From assembly GCA_951406725.2 (NCBI GenBank), contig OX597826.1, positions 8,742,001 to 8,806,000 of the forward strand: a stretch of 64,000 bases of DNA. Direction: 5' to 3'. Every line of letters begins with the position of its first letter. The first letter of the stretch is position 1. The notes beneath the pieces were generated by a model that was not told the origin of the DNA, made no database searches, and worked only from the letters and a program-made list of their open reading frames with translations. Origin of the DNA: Octopus vulgaris. Taxonomy: Eukaryota. Both the position numbers and the translations under genes were made by a program. This document shows, one piece after another, positions 13,172-26,439 of this stretch.

Positions 13172-14163
13172 GTTCGTGTGTGTGTGTGTGTTTCTTTGTC
13201 CCCGCTCACTACTTGACAACCGGTGTTATCGTATTTACGTCCTCGTAATATTAACGATTCTGCAAAAAAAACCGTTAGAATTAGTATCAGACTTTTTTTT
13301 AAATAATAATAATAAATAACTACTTGAATTGATTCAGTCGACTAAAAACAAAAGAAAATTTTTTTCAAGGCTGTGCTCCAGCGTGGCTGCAGTCAAACCA
13401 CTGGAATATCAGCACTTACACGAACCATAGATTCCACAATGACCATACAAACAAATAAACCGCAACTAAAACTCGGCGTTCGTGCTCAACCGATGTGAGG
13501 ACAATGAAAAACCAGCCGGAACACAAATAAAACACTATTTTTTGCAATGCTTCATCTGTGTTTGTCCTTCATATTATATTTTTTCCTTTGTTTATTATTT
13601 TATCATCTTACATTATGTTCAAATATATTTTATTTTATATTTATGTTTTTATTTTTATTATATTGTATTATTTGTACGGTGTTTTGTTTTATTTTATTTT
13701 ATGGCCAAGCATGTCATAACAGTGATTCGTGTCAAATATAACGGCATAGCTATGAGCTTGCTGTCATTTGGAGAGAGTCATAACTTCATAATCAGTTCGA
13801 ACGGGGCAGCTGTTTCTGTGGACGTTTTTATTTTGTACAACTTTCGTGATAAATATCGTTCTGCAAACGAAACGGAGCGAGTTGAGCAAGATGAGAAAGA
13901 AGCGGGGGATGTTTACTGTTGCAAATTTATAGATAGGTGATAGAGCGGTGTGTGTGGTATGACGGGAGTGATGTGTGGTGTGGTGTGGTGTTTAAGAGAG
14001 ATTAGGAGGGAGGGAGAGAGGGAGAGACGAAGGGGAGTTCGCAGCGGCAGATGGGTAGGGAGAAGAGGAGCAGAATAATCATATTTCTGCCAGAGAAAAT
14101 GCACGGCACAGATTAGATACGGCTACTTCTGTCCACATTGAAATATATAGAAATATGAGTTGG

Positions 14164-14168
<5 letters not shown>

Positions 14169-14232
<64 letters not shown>

Positions 14233-14414
14233 TTACTGAGTAATTATATATGTCTGCCTTTCATTCCCTCTCTTTCAATCTCATTAACTGTCCTTCTCTC
14301 TTTAATTATCTTTTAACTATCTCTCTCAATTTCTAACTCTCTCTCTCGCTCTCTGTCTTTCTCTCTCCCTCTCTCTCTCCCACCCTATCTCTTTCTCCCT
14401 CTCTCTCTCCCACC

Positions 14415-14448
<34 letters not shown>
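14169..14448. repeat. (CT)n homopyrimidine tracts
   Basis: Direct reading. Confidence 0.9.
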
Positions 14449-14449
<1 letters not shown>

Positions 14450-14796
14450 AATGTCATTTAGTACATTAGGAAAACACACAACGCCATCTGGTGAGAATCA
14501 TTTCCCATATTAACAAGGTTACAAGCAAACACATTTACAATCAAGCCCATGATACAACTATCTAGAAATAGGGGTTATATCTCCCTCAAATTTTAACCCT
14601 GCCAACTAGAAAAGAGATGGGCATATAAACTAATGTGGTACCTTCTCAATTAGCAACAACTCGTGAGACGGATAGGGTAGTCATGTTTGGAACGCCGTTG
14701 ATCATTAGGTACCGTCTCCCTTTTTAAAGACTGCAAGAATTACAACGAAAATTATAGCGAAAATATTTTCACACGTTGTTATATATATATATATAT

Positions 14797-14886
<90 letters not shown>

Positions 14887-15381
14887 TATATATATATGCG
14901 TGTATATATATTTATGTGTGTATGCATATAAGCATATGTGCATGTATGTATGCATGAATGTATATAAGGATGTATGTATACATATATCGCATGTGTGCAT
15001 GATTATATGCATTTATGTACGTGTGCTATTCGCACTTTTCATTTAAAATAAATATTTGTTAATATTAAATTTTATGCAGTTTTAAGCAAGCGGATTTTTT
15101 TTTCTATTTGAAAAAGAAAAGACAAACAGACACGCCGCGGTAACAAAATACAAAGCATTTACCCCGAAAAAATAATTTAATTAATGTGTGGAACGGAATA
15201 TAAAGAATGGGTAGAGATGAGGGTGCTAACAAAAGAAATATCGGCAGGATGTGGTCAGCTGCAGATAATGTGACTGGCTGTTAATAAAACAATATCCTGG
15301 ACGGAAAAACTCGGATACGCATCTCCAACGTAACATGGTCGCACATACATACATATACTCTTACATGCGCACACGCTCATA

Positions 15382-15641
15382 TATTGGGTTGTCACATACA
15401 TTCGTTCGCTATATTTTTTCTTCTACGTGGCACTCCTGCGTCATATGTCTGAAAAGAGGTAACATTTATCCAAGTTTCAATGCTATGAACGAAAGTTTTA
15501 TAGAAAGAATACAGCTACACAAAACAAAAGCTTAAAACACGACGATGAAAATAGTTTTCGTGTAAATTGAAATAACGTTGAAAAAGATTAAAATAAACGG
15601 GCAAAGGGCAAAAACGGACGTATTTATCTGACAACAAAATA
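15382..15641. mobile_element. Mariner-type MITE
   Basis: Imperfect ~28-bp TIRs tattgggttgtcacatacattcgttcg / cggacgtatttatctgacaacaaaata, TA at both ends. Confidence 0.6.
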
Positions 15642-15655
15642 CACACACACACTTA

Positions 15656-15761
<106 letters not shown>

Positions 15762-15774
15762 CATGCATATACAG

Positions 15775-16030
15775 GGGTGACGGTGTGGTAAGAAGCTTGC
15801 TTCCCAACCACATAGTTCCGGGCTCAGTCCCTCTGCATTGCTCTGCTATAGCTTCGGACAGACCAAAGCCTTGTAGGTGGATTTGGTGGGCGGAAACTGC
15901 GTTGATACACACCCTACGTGGCTACACACATGTGTGTGTGTGTGTGTGTGTGTGTGTATTTATGCATGTGTGTGTGTGTCTTTGTGTCTGTGTTTGTTCC
16001 CCACCCTCACTTAACAACCGCTGCTGGTGT
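15775..16030 (+). mobile_element. SINE family 1, 3'-truncated, containing captured minisatellite units
   Basis: Head and body match family 1. Confidence 0.8.
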
Positions 16031-16035
16031 TATAT

Positions 16036-16789
16036 AACTTATAAACAAGGGGAATAGAAAAATTATTTCTATGCCAATATGCTGAGAACAGACTTTAAAT
16101 CGTCAATTTCCACATTACAATATACATTCACTATAAATACACGTCGTGCTGATACATTCACTATAAATACACGTCGTGCAGCATATTGGCATAGAAATAA
16201 TTTTTCTATTACCCTTGTTTATAAGTTGTTTATAATTTTAACCTTTAAAGATATTTTAATATGCTGCTGCTTTTGATGAAATTTTTTTCTGAAAAAATTT
16301 TTATCCTATATTAGTAGTAGATTTATTACCATTCAGTTAGGGACTGGTAACCACTAAAAGTTGTGGTTCAGAATAGGTCACACGTATGCTGAGGCTTGCT
16401 AAAGGATTTTAAATTTAGGTATAAAGATATAACTGGGGTACTCATGTGTACACCTGACTATTGCGTGTTTTTTCCATGGGAGCGTGTAGGTATTTCATTT
16501 ATTTCTTATCGTATTTTCTACTGAAGAGGGAAAAATCCATAGGATTAATCCCGAAAACTTCTGTTAGCTCGCTTTCCTCGATTTCAACACGACGTGTATT
16601 TATAGTGAATGTATATTGAAATGTAGAAATTGACGATTTAAAGTCTGTTCTCAGCATATTGGCATAGAAATAATTCTTCTTTTGCCCTTGTTTATAAGTT
16701 GTTTATAATTTTAATCTTTGAAGGCATTTTAATATGCTGCCACTTTTGATGAAATTCTTTTCTGAAAAAATTTTTATGCTATATTAGTA

Positions 16790-16792
<3 letters not shown>
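16036..16792 (+). mobile_element. PLE/retrozyme-like non-coding element: inverted 5' segment plus about 1.3 tandem units (period 473 bp)
   Basis: Direct repeat 16179-16319 and 16652-16792; 16036-16148 is the reverse complement of about 16588-16700; ends in (TA)n; internal HHR-like core. Confidence 0.8.
16518..16567 (+). ncRNA. Hammerhead-like core, cleavage-site region degenerate
   Basis: cua CUGAAGA GGGA-aa-AAUCC-aua-GGAUU-aa-UCCC GAAA ac uucu gu uag; stems I and III cannot both form in register. Confidence 0.55.
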
Positions 16793-16887
<95 letters not shown>

Positions 16888-17421
16888 ATGTATGTATGTA
16901 TGTATGTATGTATGTATGTATGTATGTATGTATGTATGTATAGGTTATTATAAGAGACAATGGTGTCATTGAGACCCAAAGGTGTCGGGTAATGCTGAAT
17001 AAGTGCTATAGACAGACCATAGTTAAGTTCCAGATTCGGTAATATTGCGAATAAAGGGTTCAACGTTGATTCTATGTCAGCGTGTGTATATAAGAATTTT
17101 TTGCGTAATAAGATTAAAAAAAACAAGGCTGTATAGATATTGAATTTGTAAATCCGTTTTATAGGCATGTGGATCTCACTCATAAGGGAATCTTACATGG
17201 CTTATAAACTCTATATTTGGAAGGATTCATTTTAAACTCTATTGGACTTTTGAATTTTATTCAAAGGATATTGGAATATCGCATATATACCACTATGCCT
17301 ATAAAACGGATTTACAACTTCAATACCCAAACATATCTTACATCTATTTTCTTTCCTCCACCTCACTCTCTATTTTGTATCACATCGAAACTAACTATGA
17401 CTTATTTTTTCCTCTCACACC

Positions 17422-17476
17422 GTCTCCGATGAAGGGATATTATTATTAATTAATATTCTAGAAACACCTGTAAGAC
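17422..17476 (+). ncRNA. Type I hammerhead motif with a C4 variant (CCGAUGA)
   Basis: gucu CCGAUGA a gggauauu...aauauucu a GAAA ca-cc-ug UA agac; stem I gucu/agac. Confidence 0.65.
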
Positions 17477-17574
17477 CTTCTATCTATAAATGCTCTAATA
17501 TCTATAAATGCTCTAATATACAGTCTTGGTTTTTAACTTATTACGCAAAAATTTCCTATATATATGTGTGTGTG

Positions 17575-17620
<46 letters not shown>

Positions 17621-17638
17621 TATATGTATATATATATC

Positions 17639-17669
<31 letters not shown>

Positions 17670-18009
17670 CTATATATATATATATAAAATCCTACGGATA
17701 TCAAGTGGTAAAATAATTATATTGCCCTTTGATACCTCATGAAGTTTCATGCTCTATGCATTTCTCATGAAATAATTTCATAAATTGCATCTTCTGGATT
17801 TCATAGAACTCATACATTATACTGCGTTGAACTCTACATACTTTTTTTTAATCCTGTCATTATTATATGTAAACTCCCACACTTTATGTCTGCCTCTGTA
17901 TTGTCCGCCTCATCCTTCGCCCTTGTGGCAAATAAATGAACTCATCATCATTATTATTATTATTGTTGTTGTCGTTGTTTTGTTGTTGTTCTTGTTCTTG
18001 TTATCGTTA

Positions 18010-18102
18010 AGGCGGCGAGCCGGCAGAATCGTAAGTATGCTGGGCAAAATACATAGCGGTATTTCGTCTGTCTTTGCGTTCTGACCTCAAATTCCACCGA
18101 GT
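18010..18102 (+). mobile_element. SINE family 2 head
   Basis: ggcggcgagccggcagaatcgtaag...gcggtatttcgtctg...caaattccaccgag. Confidence 0.8.
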
Positions 18103-18312
18103 CTTCTGTTGTATTAGTTTTTATATTGTGTGTTGTTTGTGCAGCGCAGATTGTGTTCTGTCTTCTATGACACAGGTTGTGGGCTTTGTTCATTTCGGAG
18201 ATTTTAGATGGATGAACTGAAATTTTACAAAGTCATGTGATAGAGAAAAAGTAGGAGAAAGACAGAAAGTCATGTGATAGAAAAAAGGAGGAAGACAGAA
18301 GAAAGAAGGGAA

Positions 18313-18386
<74 letters not shown>

Positions 18387-18387
<1 letters not shown>

Positions 18388-18930
18388 TGAGTGAGAGACC
18401 AGTGCATATTATCGAAGTGACACAAGTAAAATATACGAAGCCCAGTGTACCCATCATGGCCACCCGTCTGATAATGTTACACCAGCACATGTATGTGCGC
18501 GACATTGTGATTTCAAATCAAGATAAACAGCACATGACCTTGCAGGTGGGGCCCAGTTAGAATTTTCTTCTGGTCGAGTAGCCCATCCCGCTCAAAAGGT
18601 CCCTGAACAAGGATTGTTTAAGGATGTTGAACGAACCATCCATGTTTCCAAAGGTGAATTATCCAAACCTCCAGGAATTCCTTACAACACACGGCTACGA
18701 TGTGCTCCCATTACTTCTGCTCGTGATCAGAGATGCACATTTCGTCAGCCACTAAGGGACATGTTCAACTGGTTAAGGTCAAACAACGGACAAACAAATC
18801 TTTGGTATTGAGCAGAATATTTGCTGCAGTCCATCTTTTATATGAAGACAAAACAATGTACATGATAATACTTCCAATCAGTTATGATAAGACGCCACGA
18901 GAGCCACTGCCTGGCACTGCATCGGGGCAT
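18387..18930 (-). mobile_element. 544-bp (AAT)n-tailed retroposon inside a (TAT)n array (Dong/R4-like 3' UTR or non-autonomous partner)
   Basis: Unique sequence flanked by (TAT)n at 18313-18386 and 18931-18977; two further partial copies in the window; clade assignment inferred. Confidence 0.7.
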
Positions 18931-18932
18931 TA

Positions 18933-18978
<46 letters not shown>

Positions 18979-19164
18979 GTGTTGTTTCTCTCGTTGTTCC
19001 CCCGGTGTCATTGTCGTCGTCGTCGTCGTCGGCTTTCTCCTTAGTATGTCTTTCGTATTCGAAATGTGATTGACTACTGAACATATAGTTCGGAAATTGC
19101 CAGTGAAATCTACATCCGATTTGTCAACGGTGGAAGGATGGAAGGTAGAAACAGTGTGTGTGGG

Positions 19165-19197
<33 letters not shown>

Positions 19198-19704
19198 TAT
19201 CATGTTCACATGACTAAACACGTACACATACATATGCTAAATGACCGTATTTTCAATAGCTCACAATAGACTTCTTCTGTGAGCGTTCATTTCATTCTAC
19301 ACCTGATTTTTTTTAATATATATTTATGTTTGTTCGTTCATTTTTATTTCTCTTATACAGATCGAAAGATTTAATTTGGTGAATTAATGCTTTGAAAAAT
19401 TACTGAAGGATAAAAAGAAAATAAGAAATTACCCCCTCTAACACTGTTCTCTGGCTTTTTTTTTTATTGTTTTGTCTATTTTTGTGTTTCTACTCATTTT
19501 TTTTTAAATTTGGTATTTTCTTTATGGTTCCTTTTTTGTTTTTGCTTTCGTGAATGTGTGTGGGTGGGTGGGTGTGTTTGTGTGTGCGTGCATGTGTGTG
19601 TGTGTGTGCGTGTGTGTGTGTACAGCCAGTACTTTTTTAATGTTTTAATTAGCTCGCTTAAAAACGAAAGAAAGAAGAGAAAGGAGAAAGTAAATGAATT
19701 GATA

Positions 19705-19777
<73 letters not shown>

Positions 19778-19782
19778 CAGAC

Positions 19783-19813
<31 letters not shown>

Positions 19814-19818
19814 CAGAC

Positions 19819-19862
<44 letters not shown>

Positions 19863-19906
19863 TGATAGATAGATAGATAGATAGATTGATTGATTGATAG
19901 ATAGAT

Positions 19907-19973
<67 letters not shown>

Positions 19974-20917
19974 AGAGATTAAGAGAGAGAGAAAGGCACA
20001 GAGAGAAAGATAAAGGAGCGAGAAAGAGAAAGAGCGAAAGAAAGAGAGAGAGAAAATCTCTCCTAACGAAATGACATCTTTTAATATCTTTAATCTACAG
20101 TAACAACCATGGTCTTTTCCTCCTCCTCCTCCTCCTCCTCTTCCCCCTCCTCCTCTTCTAGTTTTTCCTAATCAACAAAGATAGCCTCTAAAATGCTTAT
20201 GTTAGGTTCTTCCTATTGTTGATATTGCTTACTGCTCGTATTATTATTACTGTTAAGCCGCAGATAAAAAGCGTTCCAGTTGTGACAATCCCATCTTTTT
20301 TTTTTATCTTTTTTTTTTTTCCTCACAAACAATATATCTAGGTCAACATCAGCCAATTGATCCGGAGTATTACTAAGCTCCTTCTTAGACTGATACGCGT
20401 CTTAGAACAATCTGAAATTCTCAAGAAAATAGCTGACTTCGGTAGTCAACGTGTTTATTTCTGTTCTGGCAAACTTTGAATGGATGTCAATCACATGAGG
20501 ATATTTATATACGGTCATTCGTGGTGCTAGAAATAGCAACCAAACGCCACTTACATCTTATCATGCCGTCTTAAGAATAAAGGAAGATCCACTGGATAAT
20601 GTAATAGTAATCCGTAGATAACGGATATGGGATTATTGCTGTTTGAATGCTTTTGATCATATTTCTGCTGGATCGGGGCGGTTGATCTGGAGTTGAACAA
20701 CAATAATATTTGAACATTTGGCTGTGAACATATAGGATATGTACACATATACACACATTTCAAAGGAAAGCGGATAAAAACATCCACACATATCTGTACA
20801 TTTACGCATAAATACGCATAGGTACGCATACTCACACACAAAAACACGCACACACATGCTCAGGCACGTGCACATACACACACACATACACATTCGTACT
20901 TTATATCGATAGTTAGT

Positions 20918-20979
<62 letters not shown>

Positions 20980-20980
<1 letters not shown>

Positions 20981-21218
20981 CGGGAAGCTTTATGAAAATA
21001 GACAAAAGACGAAGGCAGGTTTACGGAAATAAACAAAAGACGAAGGCAGGTGGTATACAAACAAACAATTGTATTAGTATGGCGCTCAGGAAATATAAAT
21101 AAAACAAGTCTTTAACGTTTCGAGCCTACGCTCGTCAACAGAATGATACACAGAGAAGAAACACAGAAAGAAGGAGAGAAAAAAAAATGCGTACAGAGGC
21201 TAGCGAATCAACATGGCG
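20980..21218 (-). mobile_element. HHR-bearing element, family A
   Basis: Homologous to 4931-5124; motif at 21110-21145 reads cauu CUGUUGA c gagc-guag-gcuc GAAA CG UU aaag; abuts (TA)n. Confidence 0.75.
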
Positions 21219-21484
21219 ATCTGATTTCGGCCAGAAGTCAAAAATCAAACGTGAGACGCAAGAGCGAAATTAGGGGAGATAATAGGGTTAAATGACCTCG
21301 CCCCAACATAAGAGTGTGTGTGTGTATGAGAGAGTATTAGTGCGTATGAGAGGTCTGGACGTGTGTATGTATATATGATGTGATGTGTAAAGTCGTATGG
21401 TGTAGTGTAGAGAGAGGAGATGAGGGAATAGGGGGAGGTAAGGGGGATAGAGGGGAGGGGTGAGGGTGAGGGGGGATATATATG

Positions 21485-21542
<58 letters not shown>

Positions 21543-21582
21543 TTTATTTATATATATATATATATATATGTGTATGTATGTA

Positions 21583-21737
21583 CGTGGTAAGTAGCTTGCT
21601 TATCAACCATATGGTTACGGGTTCAGTCCCTCTGCGTGGCACCTTGGGCAAGTGTCTTCTACTATAGCCTCGGGCCGACCAAAGCCTTGTGAGTGGATTT
21701 GGTAGACGGAAACGGAAAGAAGTCCATCGTAAATATG

Positions 21738-21816
<79 letters not shown>

Positions 21817-22027
21817 CATGTGTATATATGTTTGTGTGTGTGTTTGTACCCCCAACATCGCTTGACAACCGATGCTGGTGTGTTTACCTCCCCGTGTCTT
21901 AGCGGTTCGGCAAAAGACACCGATAGAATGAGTACTAGGCTTACAAAGAATTAAGTCATAGGGTCAATTTGCTCGACTAAAGCTGGTGCTCCAGCATGGC
22001 CGCAGTCAAATGACGCAAACGACTAAA

Positions 22028-22030
<3 letters not shown>
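21583..22030 (+). mobile_element. SINE family 1, near full length
   Basis: Match to 60344-60765. Confidence 0.9.
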
Positions 22031-22078
<48 letters not shown>

Positions 22079-22358
22079 TACGTACGTCGATTACTTGAGA
22101 ACGCCGTTTCTGGGTTAGTTAGATATAGAGATGCTAGAAATGCATACTCATATCAACATTTCCTTCAGCCCAAGATTTCGACGTACGTGTGATCTTTCGT
22201 TATTTTTCCCTCTATGCCTACCTGAATTATTTTTGAGTATACATTGTCTGGGAGACTCTTCTTATAGTAGAGGAAATAGCTAAATTCTTTGGCTGCTATT
22301 TCTAAAAGTTCGGTGTGTGGTAAAGTAATTTTTTTTTACTGAACCCTAATTATATAAC

Positions 22359-22407
<49 letters not shown>

Positions 22408-23017
22408 ATGATATGATATGATATGATATGATATGCCGTTTTGTTTGATATACTGTAGCAAATGTAGTCAATGTGTTTCATTGAAGGTGATAGCAATGCA
22501 ATGAAAACACTAAATATAAATAACAGCAAAAAATATAGAAATGTTGCATTAGGAATATTTAATTAGTTTTGATATTTCGAGTTAAAAATCCCTGAACAAA
22601 AGCTTTTCAGGACAAGTGAGAGATATATAAAATGTGTGTCGAATACTTGTTTGTGTTATTGGAAATACCACGTGTGTAATCGTATATAATTTGCGACTGT
22701 CGGTGCCTTTCATGGGCTGTCAATATCAGGTTAGCGGTGATGTGACAAGTGTACAGAGGGAAAATATTTCAATTTCCTGACACTGGTTTTCCGTGTATCC
22801 TCCATTGGGTACTAATTTCATTCTCAACTCGGTTGTTAAGTTTTGTTTCTTAATCAGAAGGGTTTCTTTTATCCCCAGGTTACCGAATTTACGATCTATA
22901 GTTTTAATGGTAACTAGAGTTATTTTTCACGGTGTATTTGGTAGACGATGCACTATCGTTAAGATGCTGTTATAGGATAAGCATACGTGTATGCATAAAT
23001 TCTTCTGCTGATGTAGA

Positions 23018-23350
23018 TCTTCTACTATAGCCTCGGGCAAAACCAAAGCCTTGTGAGTGGATATGGTAGACGGAAACTGAAAGAAGCCCGTCGTATATAT
23101 GTATATATGTGTGTGTATGTGTTTGTATATGTTTGTGTCTGTGTTTAACCCCCACCCCCCAACATCGCTTGACAACCTATGCTGGTGTGTTTACGTCCCC
23201 GTAACCTTAGCGGTTCGGCAAAAGAGACCGATAGAATAAGTACTAGGCTTCCAAAGAATAAGTGCTGAGGCCGATTTGCTTGACTAAAGGCGGTGCTCCG
23301 GCATGGCCGCAGTCAAATGACTGAAGCTAGTAAAAGAGATAAAAGAGAAA
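23018..23350 (+). mobile_element. SINE family 1, 5'-truncated
   Basis: Match to 60344-60765. Confidence 0.9.
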
Positions 23351-23682
23351 ATATGTATAATTGTAGAAATGCCTGTGTTTCTGTACTAAAAGCCAATGTT
23401 GTGACCTCTCATACTGCCTAACCTAGAGCCTCAGCAAGCAGCAAACTGAAATAAGCAGGCGAGGTCAATATGATCGATTAAAATGTTTGATGGTGGTCCC
23501 TCAGTATGATCACAGTCAACTGACTGAGTTAGATAAGAAGATTATAAGGTTAGTGTTATTGTTATTGTGTGGTGTAGTTGGGGTTTTCATAGTTGTTAAC
23601 AAGTAACGACGGTGAGACCGGTTATATATTTTCATGAATTCATAATTTGTATTTGTTTTCCTTATATATCTCTTTCTTATAT

Positions 23683-24125
23683 TTTACCTTTTACTTGTAT
23701 CAGTTATCAGACTACTGAAACAATTGGGCACAGCATTGAAGAATTTAGTGGAACAAATCTACCCCAGGGCTTCTTCAGGTATTATTCGATCGGTCTCTTT
23801 TGCCGACCTGCTAAGTTACGGATGTAAACGCACCAGCATCGGTAGTAAAGCGATGTTGGGTGGGGGGGAACAAACACAGACACACAAACATATACGCACT
23901 TATACATACATACATACATATATATACATACATACACACATGTATATATATATATATATACATGACGTATTTCTTTCAGTTTCCGTCTACCAAATCCACT
24001 CAGAAGGCTTTGGTCGGCCCGAGGCTATAGTAGAAGATACTTGCCCAAGGTGCCATGCAGTGAAACTGAACCCGGAACCGTGTGGTTGGTAAGCAAGCTA
24101 CATACCACACAGCCACCCCTGCGCC
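23683..24125 (-). mobile_element. SINE family 1, full length
   Basis: Reverse-complement match, ending at cccctgcgcc. Confidence 0.9.
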
Positions 24126-25049
24126 TATAGCTACTTATAATATGTATGTATTTGTCTGCCTGTCTGTCTGTCTGTCTTTGTGTCTTGTTATACCATTTTA
24201 TTGAAGCTGAAAAGATTTCACAAACCTTTTACTTGGAGCTTCACGTAACCAAGCATTGGACAGTCATGAGTATTTAGCTAAATGCTTACGCCCGACGAAC
24301 GGCTGCGTGAAACTCTGAATTATTAGTTTATGAAGAATTTTCAGCTTGAACAAAAAGGTACTTTACTCTACCTTTGGAATTCAAGTACAATTTTTCCCAC
24401 CGTATTTTGCACCGCTGTGCCCACATGTGTGTGTATGTGTGTGTTTGCTGTGTATCATCGTGTTGCGTTTGTGTCAGATATATATATTTATTTCTATATA
24501 TGTTGATATATTTATGTTTACATATATTTTTATTCATATATTTATTTATTTATATATTTACATCTTAATTTGCTTATACATTCATGTGTTTCTTCACTTG
24601 GTTATTTCCTATTTATCGCATTCTATTCCTTTCTTTGATTATCTTCTTTATTGATTATTTATGTATTTATTTATTTAACTGTTCAATGATTTGTTTCTGT
24701 ATTTTATATATATTTAATTATTTATGTTCACTTCTTTATTATCTTATTCTATTTTGCATTTCATTTATTTAATTTATTCATTTATATATTCCTTTTTTTT
24801 TCTTCCTGTTTATAAATTTATATATTTATACGTTTATTTATACTCTTTCGATTCCATAAGCGAACTAGCGTGAAATTGGTCCTGAATAGCGCAAACGACC
24901 ACATACAAGTTCACAACAGTCGATTCTTTTGTTAGAAGCGAAATTGAAAAATGGTAATGATTTTAGCTGAGTCATCACATTTACTGACGGCTTGCCGTTG
25001 TTCTTCTTGTCGCTCTTCCTGTTGTGCTTGGAGTTCTTGTCTGAGTCGC

Positions 25050-25084
25050 TGTTATTGTTGTTGTTATTATTATTATAAATTTTA

Positions 25085-25118
<34 letters not shown>

Positions 25119-25144
25119 CATTATTATTTTTATTTTTATTATTA

Positions 25145-25182
<38 letters not shown>

Positions 25183-25198
25183 GCTGCTGCTACTACTA

Positions 25199-25236
<38 letters not shown>

Positions 25237-25411
25237 ACTACTACTGCTACATGTATTATCATTGTCATCATTATCCTCACCACCACCACCACCACCATCA
25301 TTCCAGTCATCTTCGCCATAGTTATCATCGCCATGACTATCGTCATCGTTTTCGCCACCACCACCATCGTCACCATTATCATCATCATCGTCATCATCAT
25401 CATCATCATCG

Positions 25412-25458
<47 letters not shown>

Positions 25459-25732
25459 GCTGCTCTTGTTTCTGGTGCTGCTGATGCTGATGTTGTAGGT
25501 TGCATTTATGGTGCATCCTATGGTTGTATAGCTGTCGTCGTAGTGGTCGATTTTTTTCCAGGAATTCTTCTCTTTTGAATATATCATTTGTTCCGTTGTT
25601 GTTGTTGTTGTTGTTGCTGCTGTTGTCGAACAGCTGTTATCGCAAGTGCAACGAATCTGACTATCGACCGGATCAAACGGGTGGGTTGCACTACCGCCCA
25701 CCTTTAACAAGACAGGGCAGGCGGTGTCCTTC

Positions 25733-25773
<41 letters not shown>

Positions 25774-25807
25774 CAGTTGTAGTAGTAGTAGTAGTAGCAG
25801 CAGCAGC

Positions 25808-25842
<35 letters not shown>

Positions 25843-25852
25843 CAGCAGCAGC

Positions 25853-25895
<43 letters not shown>

Positions 25896-25975
25896 ACAGC
25901 ATCAGTAGTGGCAGTGACAGCAGCAACTGCAGCAGTAGTAGTAGTAGGAGTAGTTGTTGTTGTTGTTGCTATTGT
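25050..25975. repeat. Compound trinucleotide field (TAT, CTA, CAT, AGT)
   Basis: Direct reading. Confidence 0.9.
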
Positions 25976-26439
25976 AGTACATGGAGCGGGTTGACAGTGT
26001 TCATTTTCCATAGTAGTTGTAGGTGATTATGTGTTATTGTTTTTTTCTAAATTTCAGTCTAAATGGACTGTCAAACAATAACGATAACAGAACCAACATT
26101 TCATGAATGACATCGGTAACGAGAAATGCGCAAAAATGACAGTGAAGTGATGACAATCACAGCAACACTAACAACAGCCAAAGCGATGTCAATGACAGCA
26201 ATGTCAAAATGACAAGAATGTCAACAAAATTTTATAAGGGCTGGGAGAGTAACAACGACAGAAATAGGTTTAAGGATCAACGCGAGGTCTACGACTGAAG
26301 CGATTACGACGGCTGAAACAACGATGACAGTGAGAATAACGATGACAGCGAGCGAAAGGATGAAGACGACAGCGAGAACGACAACGTGATGAATATGTCA
26401 GCAACAGTCAAGTTGATGACAGTGACGGCCAGCTGCGAA

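Larger units (their letters stand above)
12500..13405 (+). mobile_element. Degenerate SINE family 1 copy split by nested insertions
   Basis: 5' half at 12500-12665 and 3' half at 13170-13405; palindrome and AAT-tailed fragment in between. Confidence 0.65.

Noticed and set aside
13482-13940. 152-aa ORF in unique-looking sequence
   Set aside because: T-rich low-complexity first half and no motif; may be UTR or regulatory but untestable here
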